Source: Bdellovibrionales bacterium (lineage in GTDB: Bacteria > Bdellovibrionota > Bdellovibrionia > Bdellovibrionales > UBA840). Taken from it: 39,799 bases of DNA. This document shows positions 28,692 through 36,962 of the stretch, one piece after another. Both the position numbers and the translations under genes were made by a program. Under the pieces are notes generated by a model. The model did no database searches and was not told where the DNA came from. It saw only the letters and a list, made by a program, of their open reading frames with translations. Each line of letters begins with the position of its first letter. Position 1 is the stretch's first letter. Location: contig JBBKWS010000128.1 in NCBI GenBank assembly GCA_037969075.1, positions 1 to 39,799 of the forward strand. Reading direction: 5' to 3'.

Positions 28692-29437
28692 GTAGTAGTT
28701 TTGTTTAAGACAATCCGAGGTCTTGAGAACAAAGGTTTGGTTTTTTTAAAATTAGTGGAGCTTAATTTTGATTGAATATTTCCTAGGTTTTTAGCTGAAA
28801 CGCCACTAACGCAACCTACTCTAGCAAAAGTAGAATATTTTACTTTGCTAGGTCCCAATAGAGTTTGCAACACAAAACAAGTCGAGACACGGGTGTCGAT
28901 GACTGCAGTCACCTCTTTATTAGAGTTTTTAACGATATGTAAAAAATCAAAATCAAATGTTAAGGATTTATCTGTTTTTGTTAAATAAGAAGGACCATCA
29001 ATAAATACAAAATCGTAATTGTATTGAGGGATATCAGAGTAGCGCATTCCCCTAAAGAAGCTGTATTGATCTTCTATCGTGTCGCTAAGTTTAAACTCTA
29101 CAAACTCAGCGTATTTTGGGGGTAAGAGATCTTGAGACATTTCAAGGTATGTTTGGTGCTCCTCCATTGATATAACTTTACCGTGAACACCAGTTGTCTT
29201 TTTAATTTCTTGTAATGCTTTGGCAATGATCACAGTCGTTAAGCCAGTGCCGCACTCTAGGATATATTGAGGTTTCGTTTTTAAAATATTTCTATATAAC
29301 TTTTCTATAGTAGTGTATTTACAGCCAGTGGATTTAGAACGCTTCATATAATCATGAATTTCAGGTAGCAAGCCAGCGCGACGGACATACCAATACGATT
29401 TAATATGTGAAAGTCTAGAAAGAACTCGTGTTAACAT
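28688..29437 (-). CDS. Class I SAM-dependent methyltransferase-like protein
   Basis: ILECGTGLTT, VISME, YDFVFIDGP; GAGGT SD. Confidence 0.7.
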   Translation of the reverse strand: MLTRVLSRLSHIKSYWYVRRAGLLPEIHDYMKRSKSTGCKYTTIEKLYRNILKTKPQYILECGTGLTTVIIAKALQEIKKTTGVHGKVISMEEHQTYLEMSQDLLPPKYAEFVEFKLSDTIEDQYSFFRGMRYSDIPQYNYDFVFIDGPSYLTKTDKSLTFDFDFLHIVKNSNKEVTAVIDTRVSTCFVLQTLLGPSKVKYSTFARVGCVSGVSAKNLGNIQSKLSSTNFKKTKPLFSRPRIVLNKTTT

Positions 29438-29498
29438 TTAATACCTCTATAGTCGAAAAGTCATACTAATACAGGTTTTGTGAATGGCAAGAACTTAC

Positions 29499-30614
29499 TC
29501 ACTGCTCAAAAAGTCTAGTATAACTTTGATTGATTTTGGATATTTCAAATATTTCTAATGCTAATTCTCGTCCAGCGACCGCCATATTTTTTCTTACTTC
29601 AGCATTTAAGCATAAGTATTTTAGCGCTAAGTGTAGTTCTTTGACGCTTTTTATAGGCACCAAAATACCATTTCGTTGGTTAATGACTGTTTCACGGCAA
29701 CCTGGGGCATCTGTCGTTACGATAGCACGGCCAGAAGACATTGCTTCTAGTAGTGTTAGCGGGACACCTTCGCGGTATGAGGGTAGGCATACTACATTAC
29801 TAGCCGCAAGTAATGCTGGCATGTCTTTTTGTGGGCCTAACCACTCAATCCAAGGGTATTGGTCTGCTAAGCTCTTGATATATTCTTCAGTTAAGCTAGA
29901 AAAGTTGTCATAATCAATTTTTCCGCATAGCCGCAACTTAAAATGGATACCATCTAAGTCTAAAAGTTTACAGGCCTCAATCAACTCTAATATTCCTTTG
30001 TCTCTAAGCATGCGCGCTGCAAATAAGATTACAGGATCTGCCCTAGGCTCCGGTAAGGGTGAGAACTTACTAGTGTCAACTCCTGAACCTAATATAACTA
30101 TAGATCGATCGTGGCTTGCATATTGGTTTTCTAAGAAAAAATTGCGATCATCTGGATTTTGAAAAATAACAAAAACCCTTTTGGAGAGCATCGAAAATTT
30201 ATAAATTATTCCTATAAGAGTTTTAGTGATCGTATTTAAAAAATTTGTATTGGTATAAACATATCCTAAGCCAGTAATTACATTGAAAACTTTAGGGATC
30301 CGTAAAACTTTTCCTATAAGAGTTCCATAGACAACAGGCTTAATCGTAAAGTGTAATACTATATCTGGCCTCTCTTTTTTGTATAGTTTAAATATATCAA
30401 ATAGCGCTGTCATTTCATTGATTAGATTTCTACCTTTTCTCTTAAGCTTTAGGGGATGGTAAGAAAAATTTTCTAATGCAGAATAGTCATCATTTTTGGG
30501 TTTTGGGCAAGCGATCAGCACATGATAACCAATTGTCTTTAGGTGCTTTGCAAGGTGTATCCGATGGCTTTTGAAGAAATCATAATCATGGATCAAAAAA
30601 ATTATTTTTTTCAT
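29499..30614 (-). CDS. GT4 glycosyltransferase (PglA/CapM-like)
   Basis: HFTIKPVVYG, ITGLG, FQNPDD, GSGVD, RMLRDKG, LPSYREGVP..LLEA, TDAPGCRE. Confidence 0.92.
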   Translation of the reverse strand: MKKIIFLIHDYDFFKSHRIHLAKHLKTIGYHVLIACPKPKNDDYSALENFSYHPLKLKRKGRNLINEMTALFDIFKLYKKERPDIVLHFTIKPVVYGTLIGKVLRIPKVFNVITGLGYVYTNTNFLNTITKTLIGIIYKFSMLSKRVFVIFQNPDDRNFFLENQYASHDRSIVILGSGVDTSKFSPLPEPRADPVILFAARMLRDKGILELIEACKLLDLDGIHFKLRLCGKIDYDNFSSLTEEYIKSLADQYPWIEWLGPQKDMPALLAASNVVCLPSYREGVPLTLLEAMSSGRAIVTTDAPGCRETVINQRNGILVPIKSVKELHLALKYLCLNAEVRKNMAVAGRELALEIFEISKINQSYTRLFEQ

Positions 30615-31825
30615 GTGTCTAAGCTTAGTTTTTCTAAAACAAGTTGTTTTCCATATTCCACTGCCGGTTGGTCATAAGCATTGATTTGTAAATATTCACT
30701 AATAGCACCGATACTTACCTGGAAAAGCATCATTAAATAGCCTAAAGTTATTTCGTCTAGCGTTTCTATATTGATAGACATTGTTTTAGCATTTTTTGCG
30801 TTCAAGGAATCCTGAGTTGCTAGTGCTTGCAAATCAAAGACCTTATTAAGGCTTGTATTGTCTAAATATTTTGTGGCATCAAAATAGTTTTTTAAGACTT
30901 CGTCTTGATATTTTTTAGTTTTTAATCGAATAAACAAGAAAGACTTATTTTCTGGCTGGTCGGCAAACAACTGCAGTATCGAGTGTTGGTTCTTGGTTCC
31001 TACGCAAAATGTAGGGATAGGAATTATTGCATTCAACTCACTGTTTAGCGCATATTTTTTTCCAAGAGATTCTGCCCATAGTTGCTGTAGCCAATGAGTG
31101 AAATATTTAAAGGTATCAAGGTATGGCCAAAAAACAAAGGCTGTGTCGCCTCTATTAATTGGTGACAGCAGGGATTGAGTTAGCTGGAAAATTTCATTTT
31201 TAGCTTTTAAAGCTTTATTGGCGCCTTTTAGGATTGCAGATATATCAATGTTATCTAAATAGGCGGGCAGAAGACCTACGATAGTAAACACCGAAAACCT
31301 TCCTCCAACGTCAGTTGGGTGAAAAAAAATTTGAATATTGTGCTGTTTTGCTAAATTAAAAATAGGCGATTCTTTATCTTCTGTAATAATGCTAACGTGA
31401 TAGTGAAATGGAAGTTTTCGTCTCTCTAACTCTCCTAATGCAAAGTTGGAGATTAGCATAGACTCAATTGTGTTACCACTTTTTGAAATTATTAAAAAAT
31501 GGATTTCCTCTAAATTAGATAAGTCAGAAAATTTTTTTTTCAGTGTATCAGGATCAGAACTGTTCCAAAAAATAATTTTTGATTTAGAGGCCAAGGCTTC
31601 GGTGAGACACTGCGCGCCAAGGGAGCTGCCTCCCATTCCTATAACAATAATTTGTTTAAATTTTTTAAGATGTGAACAATTTGTTTCTATAAGATTTGTA
31701 GTGTCTTCGGCTGAAATTTTAAGAAAACCTAGATCGCTCCTAGAGAATAATAGCTCAATGCAGTTAGATAGCTTAGCAACATTTATATTTTTGTCTAAAA
31801 AATTTTCATTGTGAACTTGAATCAT
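30611..31825 (-). CDS. pgi: Glucose-6-phosphate isomerase (short type)
   Basis: GMGGSSLG, SKSGNTIE, VGGRFSV, QLWAESLGK, QHS..Q, DQPAVEYGK. Confidence 0.9.
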   Translation of the reverse strand: MIQVHNENFLDKNINVAKLSNCIELLFSRSDLGFLKISAEDTTNLIETNCSHLKKFKQIIVIGMGGSSLGAQCLTEALASKSKIIFWNSSDPDTLKKKFSDLSNLEEIHFLIISKSGNTIESMLISNFALGELERRKLPFHYHVSIITEDKESPIFNLAKQHNIQIFFHPTDVGGRFSVFTIVGLLPAYLDNIDISAILKGANKALKAKNEIFQLTQSLLSPINRGDTAFVFWPYLDTFKYFTHWLQQLWAESLGKKYALNSELNAIIPIPTFCVGTKNQHSILQLFADQPENKSFLFIRLKTKKYQDEVLKNYFDATKYLDNTSLNKVFDLQALATQDSLNAKNAKTMSINIETLDEITLGYLMMLFQVSIGAISEYLQINAYDQPAVEYGKQLVLEKLSLDT

Positions 31826-31939
31826 TAATTAAATTCCATAAATAGAGTAAAGTAACACCTATGTTGAGGTAGGCAATTTCTTAAAATTTGCTCTGCGTTA
31901 ATGATTGTCAAAATGTAGTGTTGTTTAAAAAATGCCGAA

Positions 31940-32971
31940 TTACAAATCTGAATACTGACCCTGTAGTTTGTTTACAGATTGCAAAATAAGTTTGTTGTGC
32001 TTTTCAATATCGGTCACAGACTGGCTTTGGAGTTTTGATGTAAGCATGCTCTCTAAGAGCATATCACTGATAGCTACCGAATAATGCATTGTGTCACTGT
32101 AGTTACCCAAGTTTTCGATGATTTTTATGTCCGAGCTAAAGTCATAAAGCTTGGCGTTACTCAAGCCTACAATCTGCTTGGCGATATACTCACGTGCTTT
32201 TAAATAATCGGTCAAATGAAGATTCTCAGCGTAACCTATCCATTCGACGATCGAGTATGGAGGGAAAAATAAAGTAAATTTTGTGTCGGGGTTCATTTGT
32301 ATCAAGCGAATTAAATTATTATTAATACTAATTTTTAATTTTTCAAATGAAAATGTATCTTGTAGGCGCTCTAATTTAGTATCTTTATCTTTCTTGGATC
32401 TTCGGCGCCAATCACGCAACACAAACTCAGCACCATCTTCTCTAACGTAACCAAAATAATTATTTACCTTATCCTTAATGAAGTATTGATTGATGGCAAC
32501 TTTGAGAAAATCTATGTTAAAAATGTAATAGAGTGGGGCTAGCCATGAACCCTTAAAAATCTTTGTATTGGTAGTATAGCTATCATCTTGTCGATCGGGC
32601 TCTCCCCGAAAAGTCTGTATATCTAATGACATAATTATATTACTAGGGTGGTGCGATGTAATAGCTAATGATGTTAAATCAGCTAACTCATAGGCTGTGG
32701 CACCTAGTAAAATACTTTTTTGATAAGTAGACCCTGATAATTTACTGGCCGTCGCAACATCAAAATTAGCTGCCATAGAAGTGCCTATAATTATATTCTT
32801 ATAAGTAGAGCTTTTTGCTATACCCATTGCCTGAAAGTGAGCATAGCTTGCTATATAGCCACGTTTTGGGCTGTATGAATAAACAAAAAAAGGATCTGTG
32901 TACAACATTAAGCTAACTAATAGGAGTGATAAGAACAAAACAGTAAATAAAAAATTATATACCCAGGTCAT
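31940..32971 (-). CDS. Membrane-anchored SGNH/DltD-like partner of the MBOAT
   Basis: N-terminal TM followed by DP, IIIGTS, FPPYS and NYSDTMHY (DxxH); directly follows the MBOAT gene. ATG 32971 or TTG 32977. Confidence 0.65.
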   Translation of the reverse strand: MTWVYNFLFTVLFLSLLLVSLMLYTDPFFVYSYSPKRGYIASYAHFQAMGIAKSSTYKNIIIGTSMAANFDVATASKLSGSTYQKSILLGATAYELADLTSLAITSHHPSNIIMSLDIQTFRGEPDRQDDSYTTNTKIFKGSWLAPLYYIFNIDFLKVAINQYFIKDKVNNYFGYVREDGAEFVLRDWRRRSKKDKDTKLERLQDTFSFEKLKISINNNLIRLIQMNPDTKFTLFFPPYSIVEWIGYAENLHLTDYLKAREYIAKQIVGLSNAKLYDFSSDIKIIENLGNYSDTMHYSVAISDMLLESMLTSKLQSQSVTDIEKHNKLILQSVNKLQGQYSDL

Positions 32972-32973
32972 AA

Positions 32974-34356
32974 TCAAAAATTAAAGTAGATGAAGGCACC
33001 TACACGATTGAAGTATAAAAATGCAGTTATAAAACAGATGCCCGCATAAAATGGCGCGAACCACCAGTCCTTGTGTCTCGTGGTTAATTCCATACTGTTG
33101 GGGAGAGCGAAACAAATCACAGCTGCTGCTAAATTGATAAGTAATAGTTCTTTATTGCTGAACCCAATAGGAGCAGCTTTAGTCCAATTTAAGTGAAACA
33201 TATTTTTTAATAGAAAGTTTGCGCTACTTAAGTCTTTTGCTCTAAAAAATACCCAAGCGAAGTTTACAAATAAAAATGTAATAATAAAACCTGCCCAAGG
33301 GGGGAGTTTGTAGTTTGCTCTCACCCACAGAGTGTGCACTATGGTGGCTGCTCCATGCATTGCCCCCCAAATCACAAATGTCCAGCCAGCTCCATGCCAA
33401 ATTCCGCCTAAAAAAAAGGTAAGGAATAGGTTTCTTAAATGTTTAAATTTAGAGCTACGATTTCCGCCGAGGGGAATATATAAGTAATCGCGTAACCAAC
33501 GACTAAGAGTCATGTGCCATCTACGCCAAAAATCCTGGATATTTACCGCTTTATAAGGGGAATTGAAGTTAATAGGTATATTAATTCCGAAAATTTTTGC
33601 GGCCCCAATGGCCATATCAGTGTAGCCAGAAAAATCAAAGTAAAGTTGAAATGTGTAAGAGAAGCTAATTAACCAGGCCTGATACCATGCGAGTGCATGT
33701 CCGCCGTCGAAGCCAGCAGCTACTATTGGCGCCAGACTATCGGCGATTACTACTTTCTTAAAGAGGCCAATGCAAAACAAATAGATGCCTTCACACATTA
33801 AATCGACTTTTATGTTTTTTATATTCTTGTTAGCAAACTGTGGCATCATTTCTTTATGATGGACAATGGGGCCGGCTATAAGCTGAGGAAAAAAGGATAT
33901 AAATAATAAGAAATGCAAAAAATCACGGTCAATTACTTTCCCTTCGTGACTATCTACTAAATAGGCAATCATTTGAAAGATGTAAAAACTAATTCCTAGA
34001 GGTAATACTATGTCGAAGATGGGTATGTGAGTATTAAAAGTACTATTGATAGTCGATACAGCAAAAATAAAATATTTAAAGAAGAATAAGAAGCCTAAGT
34101 TGATACAAATGCCGATGGCAAGTAAAAGCTTACTTTTCTGTTGATTGATAAGAACACTGGCCCAGTAATAGTTGAATATGGTGAGACCTAGGATTAAGAA
34201 TAGATAGATGGGCTTCCAATAGCCGTAATAAAATAGTGATGCCAACACGAGCGCAACAATCGCAAGTTTATATTTTTCTAGTCTAATGCATATATGATAA
34301 ATAATAAATGTAATGGGTAAAAACAGTAGAATGAATTCATAAGAACTAAATAGCAT
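32974..34356 (-). CDS. MBOAT O-acyltransferase (AlgI/PatA-like)
   Basis: LPLGISFY, FFPQLIAGPI, QLYFDFSGYTDMAIG, FWRRWHMTLS, GIWHGA, C-terminal FIYFNF. Confidence 0.95.
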   Translation of the reverse strand: MLFSSYEFILLFLPITFIIYHICIRLEKYKLAIVALVLASLFYYGYWKPIYLFLILGLTIFNYYWASVLINQQKSKLLLAIGICINLGFLFFFKYFIFAVSTINSTFNTHIPIFDIVLPLGISFYIFQMIAYLVDSHEGKVIDRDFLHFLLFISFFPQLIAGPIVHHKEMMPQFANKNIKNIKVDLMCEGIYLFCIGLFKKVVIADSLAPIVAAGFDGGHALAWYQAWLISFSYTFQLYFDFSGYTDMAIGAAKIFGINIPINFNSPYKAVNIQDFWRRWHMTLSRWLRDYLYIPLGGNRSSKFKHLRNLFLTFFLGGIWHGAGWTFVIWGAMHGAATIVHTLWVRANYKLPPWAGFIITFLFVNFAWVFFRAKDLSSANFLLKNMFHLNWTKAAPIGFSNKELLLINLAAAVICFALPNSMELTTRHKDWWFAPFYAGICFITAFLYFNRVGAFIYFNF

Positions 34357-34369
34357 TTCTTCCTCGAGA

Positions 34370-35383
34370 TTACTTTGTGCTTATATCAATTTTAGCTAGT
34401 CGTAAACCTAACAATGTAAATAGGAAAAGTGTGGTCAGAACTAATAACATTGCAAGAGGTAAGTGTTGCCTTGAGATAATAAGTCCCATGATACAAGACA
34501 AAGAAGTAATTAGATAAACTATTAAAACAGTTCGTCGAATAGAATAGCCCATAAACCGAATACGTAATGGAAAATGATCCTTACTGCCTTTTAATGGGTT
34601 CTTGCCTTTTTTAAGTCTTAATATGCTAACATAAAACAATTCAAAAACTGGCACCAGTATAATTATTAATGCTGCCAGTTTGTTTGATCCATAGTCTGTA
34701 GAATTAAATGAGTGGATGAATAGTATAGATATTATGTAGCCCAGAGCTGTGCTTCCTGCGTCACCCATAAAAATACTAGCAGGGTTAAAGTTAAACACTA
34801 GGAATGCGAGTAGTGCCGTGACACAGATTGTTGCTAGCCATATATAATATACTGGCCCACCATTTAAATATAAAAATATGCCAAGTGCACCGATGATTAG
34901 AGATGAAACCCCGGCAGCCAGTCCATCCATGATATCCATGATATTTAAAGCATTAATCATAAAGACAATACCAAACATACTTATGAAATAGTCTAAATAT
35001 AACAAGCCTGTGGGACGAATCAAATGACCAATAGACAATGTCATTGCAGCCACTCCAAACTGACTTATAAGTCGAAGTCGAATGGATAGGGGCCACTTAT
35101 CATCGAGAAGACCAACAATAAAAAGCACCATGATGCCCACAAGTTCAAGGTAAGGCTTTTTGCTAGAGATATCGATCTGGTAAAATAATAGACCGGCAAG
35201 GAGGGTTCCAATAATACCAGCTCCGCCAAGATATGGAGTTACCTTCTTATGGTTTTTTATGGTATCATTAGGGTTGTCAACCCAACCCACTTTAGGTGCG
35301 AGCCATCGAAAAAAAATAATCAAAAGTAGCCCAAAAATAAATAGGACTAAGAACTTCCAAGTGTAGACCATATAAGGATGCAT
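34370..35383 (-). CDS. wecA: Undecaprenyl-phosphate GlcNAc-1-P transferase (WecA/TagO family)
   Basis: TPYLGG, GLLDD, NALNIMDIMDGLA, FNFNPASIFMGDAGS, DHFPLR. Confidence 0.88.
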   Translation of the reverse strand: MHPYMVYTWKFLVLFIFGLLLIIFFRWLAPKVGWVDNPNDTIKNHKKVTPYLGGAGIIGTLLAGLLFYQIDISSKKPYLELVGIMVLFIVGLLDDKWPLSIRLRLISQFGVAAMTLSIGHLIRPTGLLYLDYFISMFGIVFMINALNIMDIMDGLAAGVSSLIIGALGIFLYLNGGPVYYIWLATICVTALLAFLVFNFNPASIFMGDAGSTALGYIISILFIHSFNSTDYGSNKLAALIIILVPVFELFYVSILRLKKGKNPLKGSKDHFPLRIRFMGYSIRRTVLIVYLITSLSCIMGLIISRQHLPLAMLLVLTTLFLFTLLGLRLAKIDISTK

Positions 35384-35389
35384 TCATTA

Positions 35390-35417
35390 AGTATAAATTT
35401 TAGCATCACTCTGTCAA
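35390..35417 (-). promoter_or_regulatory. Putative sigma70 promoter, leaderless
   Basis: Minus strand TTGACA-N16-TATACT-N6-ATG(35383); an extended -10 (TGCTAAAAT) also lies in the spacer. Confidence 0.6.
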
Positions 35418-35436
35418 TGTATGGTTTGTTTGGACC

Positions 35437-35449
35437 CAATCATTGATTG
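35437..35449. promoter_or_regulatory. Perfect inverted repeat, possible operator
   Basis: CAATCA-T-TGATTG in the wzx-wecA gap. Confidence 0.3.
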
Positions 35450-35483
35450 CTTTATTAATAATGCATAAAAAGCATGCATGCAA

Positions 35484-36962
35484 TTATGTATTTTTTTTAA
35501 AGTAACTAGAGGTAAAAGTAAGAATTTCTAATCGAAACAGTACTAACCCTAAGATGGAGCAATATATACTGCTTAAAACAAGCATATGGCGTGATGATAG
35601 AGCCATGTTTTGCAGTACAAAATAGAATGCTGATGATAGAATGATTGTAATTGGCACAAATAAAATTTGCTTAAGACTGAAAGCATTCACCTTACTCAAG
35701 TAAGAGAATGAGAAGAGACGGCAAACTGCTAAGGTCACATAGGTGGAAGAATAACTAATTGAAGCTCCTATTATACCGTACCGCGGAATAAGTATTGCTG
35801 CGGTAACAATATTAATCCCGATTGCAATAATATAATTATAGACATCGCTTCGATTGAACCCAGTCATTGCATATGCCATTCTAATTGAGCGAAAAGTTCC
35901 TTCGGCAAGTCCTCCAATACATAGAATCATTAAGCTTGTCTTTCCTGGGACAAAATCAGCGCCGAACATCGAAAGTAATGTGCTTGAAGTCATTAGTACA
36001 AAGATAATAAAAGTTAGAGACCACTTTAAGCTTAGTAGGTTTAAGTTTTGATATAAAACTTTGAATTTCTCAGTGTTGTTTTGCAAGTAACTCTCTGCTA
36101 AATATGGAGCAAAAAAAGGTATTAAAGCAGCGGCTAAAAATTGAGATAGATAAATAATTTTTGTATTTAAAACAAATATAGCCATATCAGTAGCGCTTGC
36201 ATAAAGTCCATATAGCATAATGGTAAGCGCGGCAAGAAATGGTTCGAGGGATGAGGATACACCTAGGGGAATAGAAAATGTTACCCAGCTTTTAACCACC
36301 TTAAGTGATAAGCGAGGTGAAGTATCATTTTTAGAGTGATGTTGCGATAAGATCTTAAATGTATCTTTTCCCAGGTAAAGAAACACGACGATTGCCGCTA
36401 TTAAGTGTGAGATTGAATACCCTAATGTTTGATCTGCAAATAGCAGAACGGCCATAAACAAACCAATGAGCTTAAGTAGTGGGAACAGAAATTGATCGGC
36501 CAAGATTACTGGTGTAAAGAGTTTTTCAGCACGCAAAAAAGAATTTAAAATAGAGATAAATGCCAGTAGCATCGTTTGGGATGTTAGGATGATAAAAGAG
36601 TCGAATTGGTTTGCAGGAATAATTCTATCGACTAGAAAACTCTTAAATAAAAACAAGCTTAATAAAAGAAGAAGTGACGCGGCGGCGGTTACTAAAAAAG
36701 ATATGTAGATTAGTTTTTTTATGAGATATAAATTGTTTTCAGACAAAAATTTAGGAACTAGATAATTTAAACTATTGTCAAAACCTAGTGTTAATACAAA
36801 AGCAAAAAAATATGTATAAGTATAAAGAAGGTTAAAGTTACCAAAACTTTCTATGTCCATTAATTTAGCAGCTAAAAGAATGGTTACATATGAAGCTAGC
36901 AGTCTAAATAGATTTCCTATGATATTGATACCGCTAGATTTTTGTAAGCTACTCTTAATCAT
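35484..36962 (-). CDS. wzx: Wzx-type polysaccharide flippase
   Basis: Many TM helices; LM..E.FG.F, FSIPL, LIPRYGIIGASIS. Start at ATG 36962 or 36980. Confidence 0.85.
   Translation of the reverse strand: MIKSSLQKSSGINIIGNLFRLLASYVTILLAAKLMDIESFGNFNLLYTYTYFFAFVLTLGFDNSLNYLVPKFLSENNLYLIKKLIYISFLVTAAASLLLLLSLFLFKSFLVDRIIPANQFDSFIILTSQTMLLAFISILNSFLRAEKLFTPVILADQFLFPLLKLIGLFMAVLLFADQTLGYSISHLIAAIVVFLYLGKDTFKILSQHHSKNDTSPRLSLKVVKSWVTFSIPLGVSSSLEPFLAALTIMLYGLYASATDMAIFVLNTKIIYLSQFLAAALIPFFAPYLAESYLQNNTEKFKVLYQNLNLLSLKWSLTFIIFVLMTSSTLLSMFGADFVPGKTSLMILCIGGLAEGTFRSIRMAYAMTGFNRSDVYNYIIAIGINIVTAAILIPRYGIIGASISYSSTYVTLAVCRLFSFSYLSKVNAFSLKQILFVPITIILSSAFYFVLQNMALSSRHMLVLSSIYCSILGLVLFRLEILTFTSSYFKKNT

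Noticed and set aside
35455..35487. ATGCAT/GCATGCATGC palindromes after wzx as a terminator
   Set aside because: Imperfect, AT-rich stem without a convincing U-tract on the coding strand.
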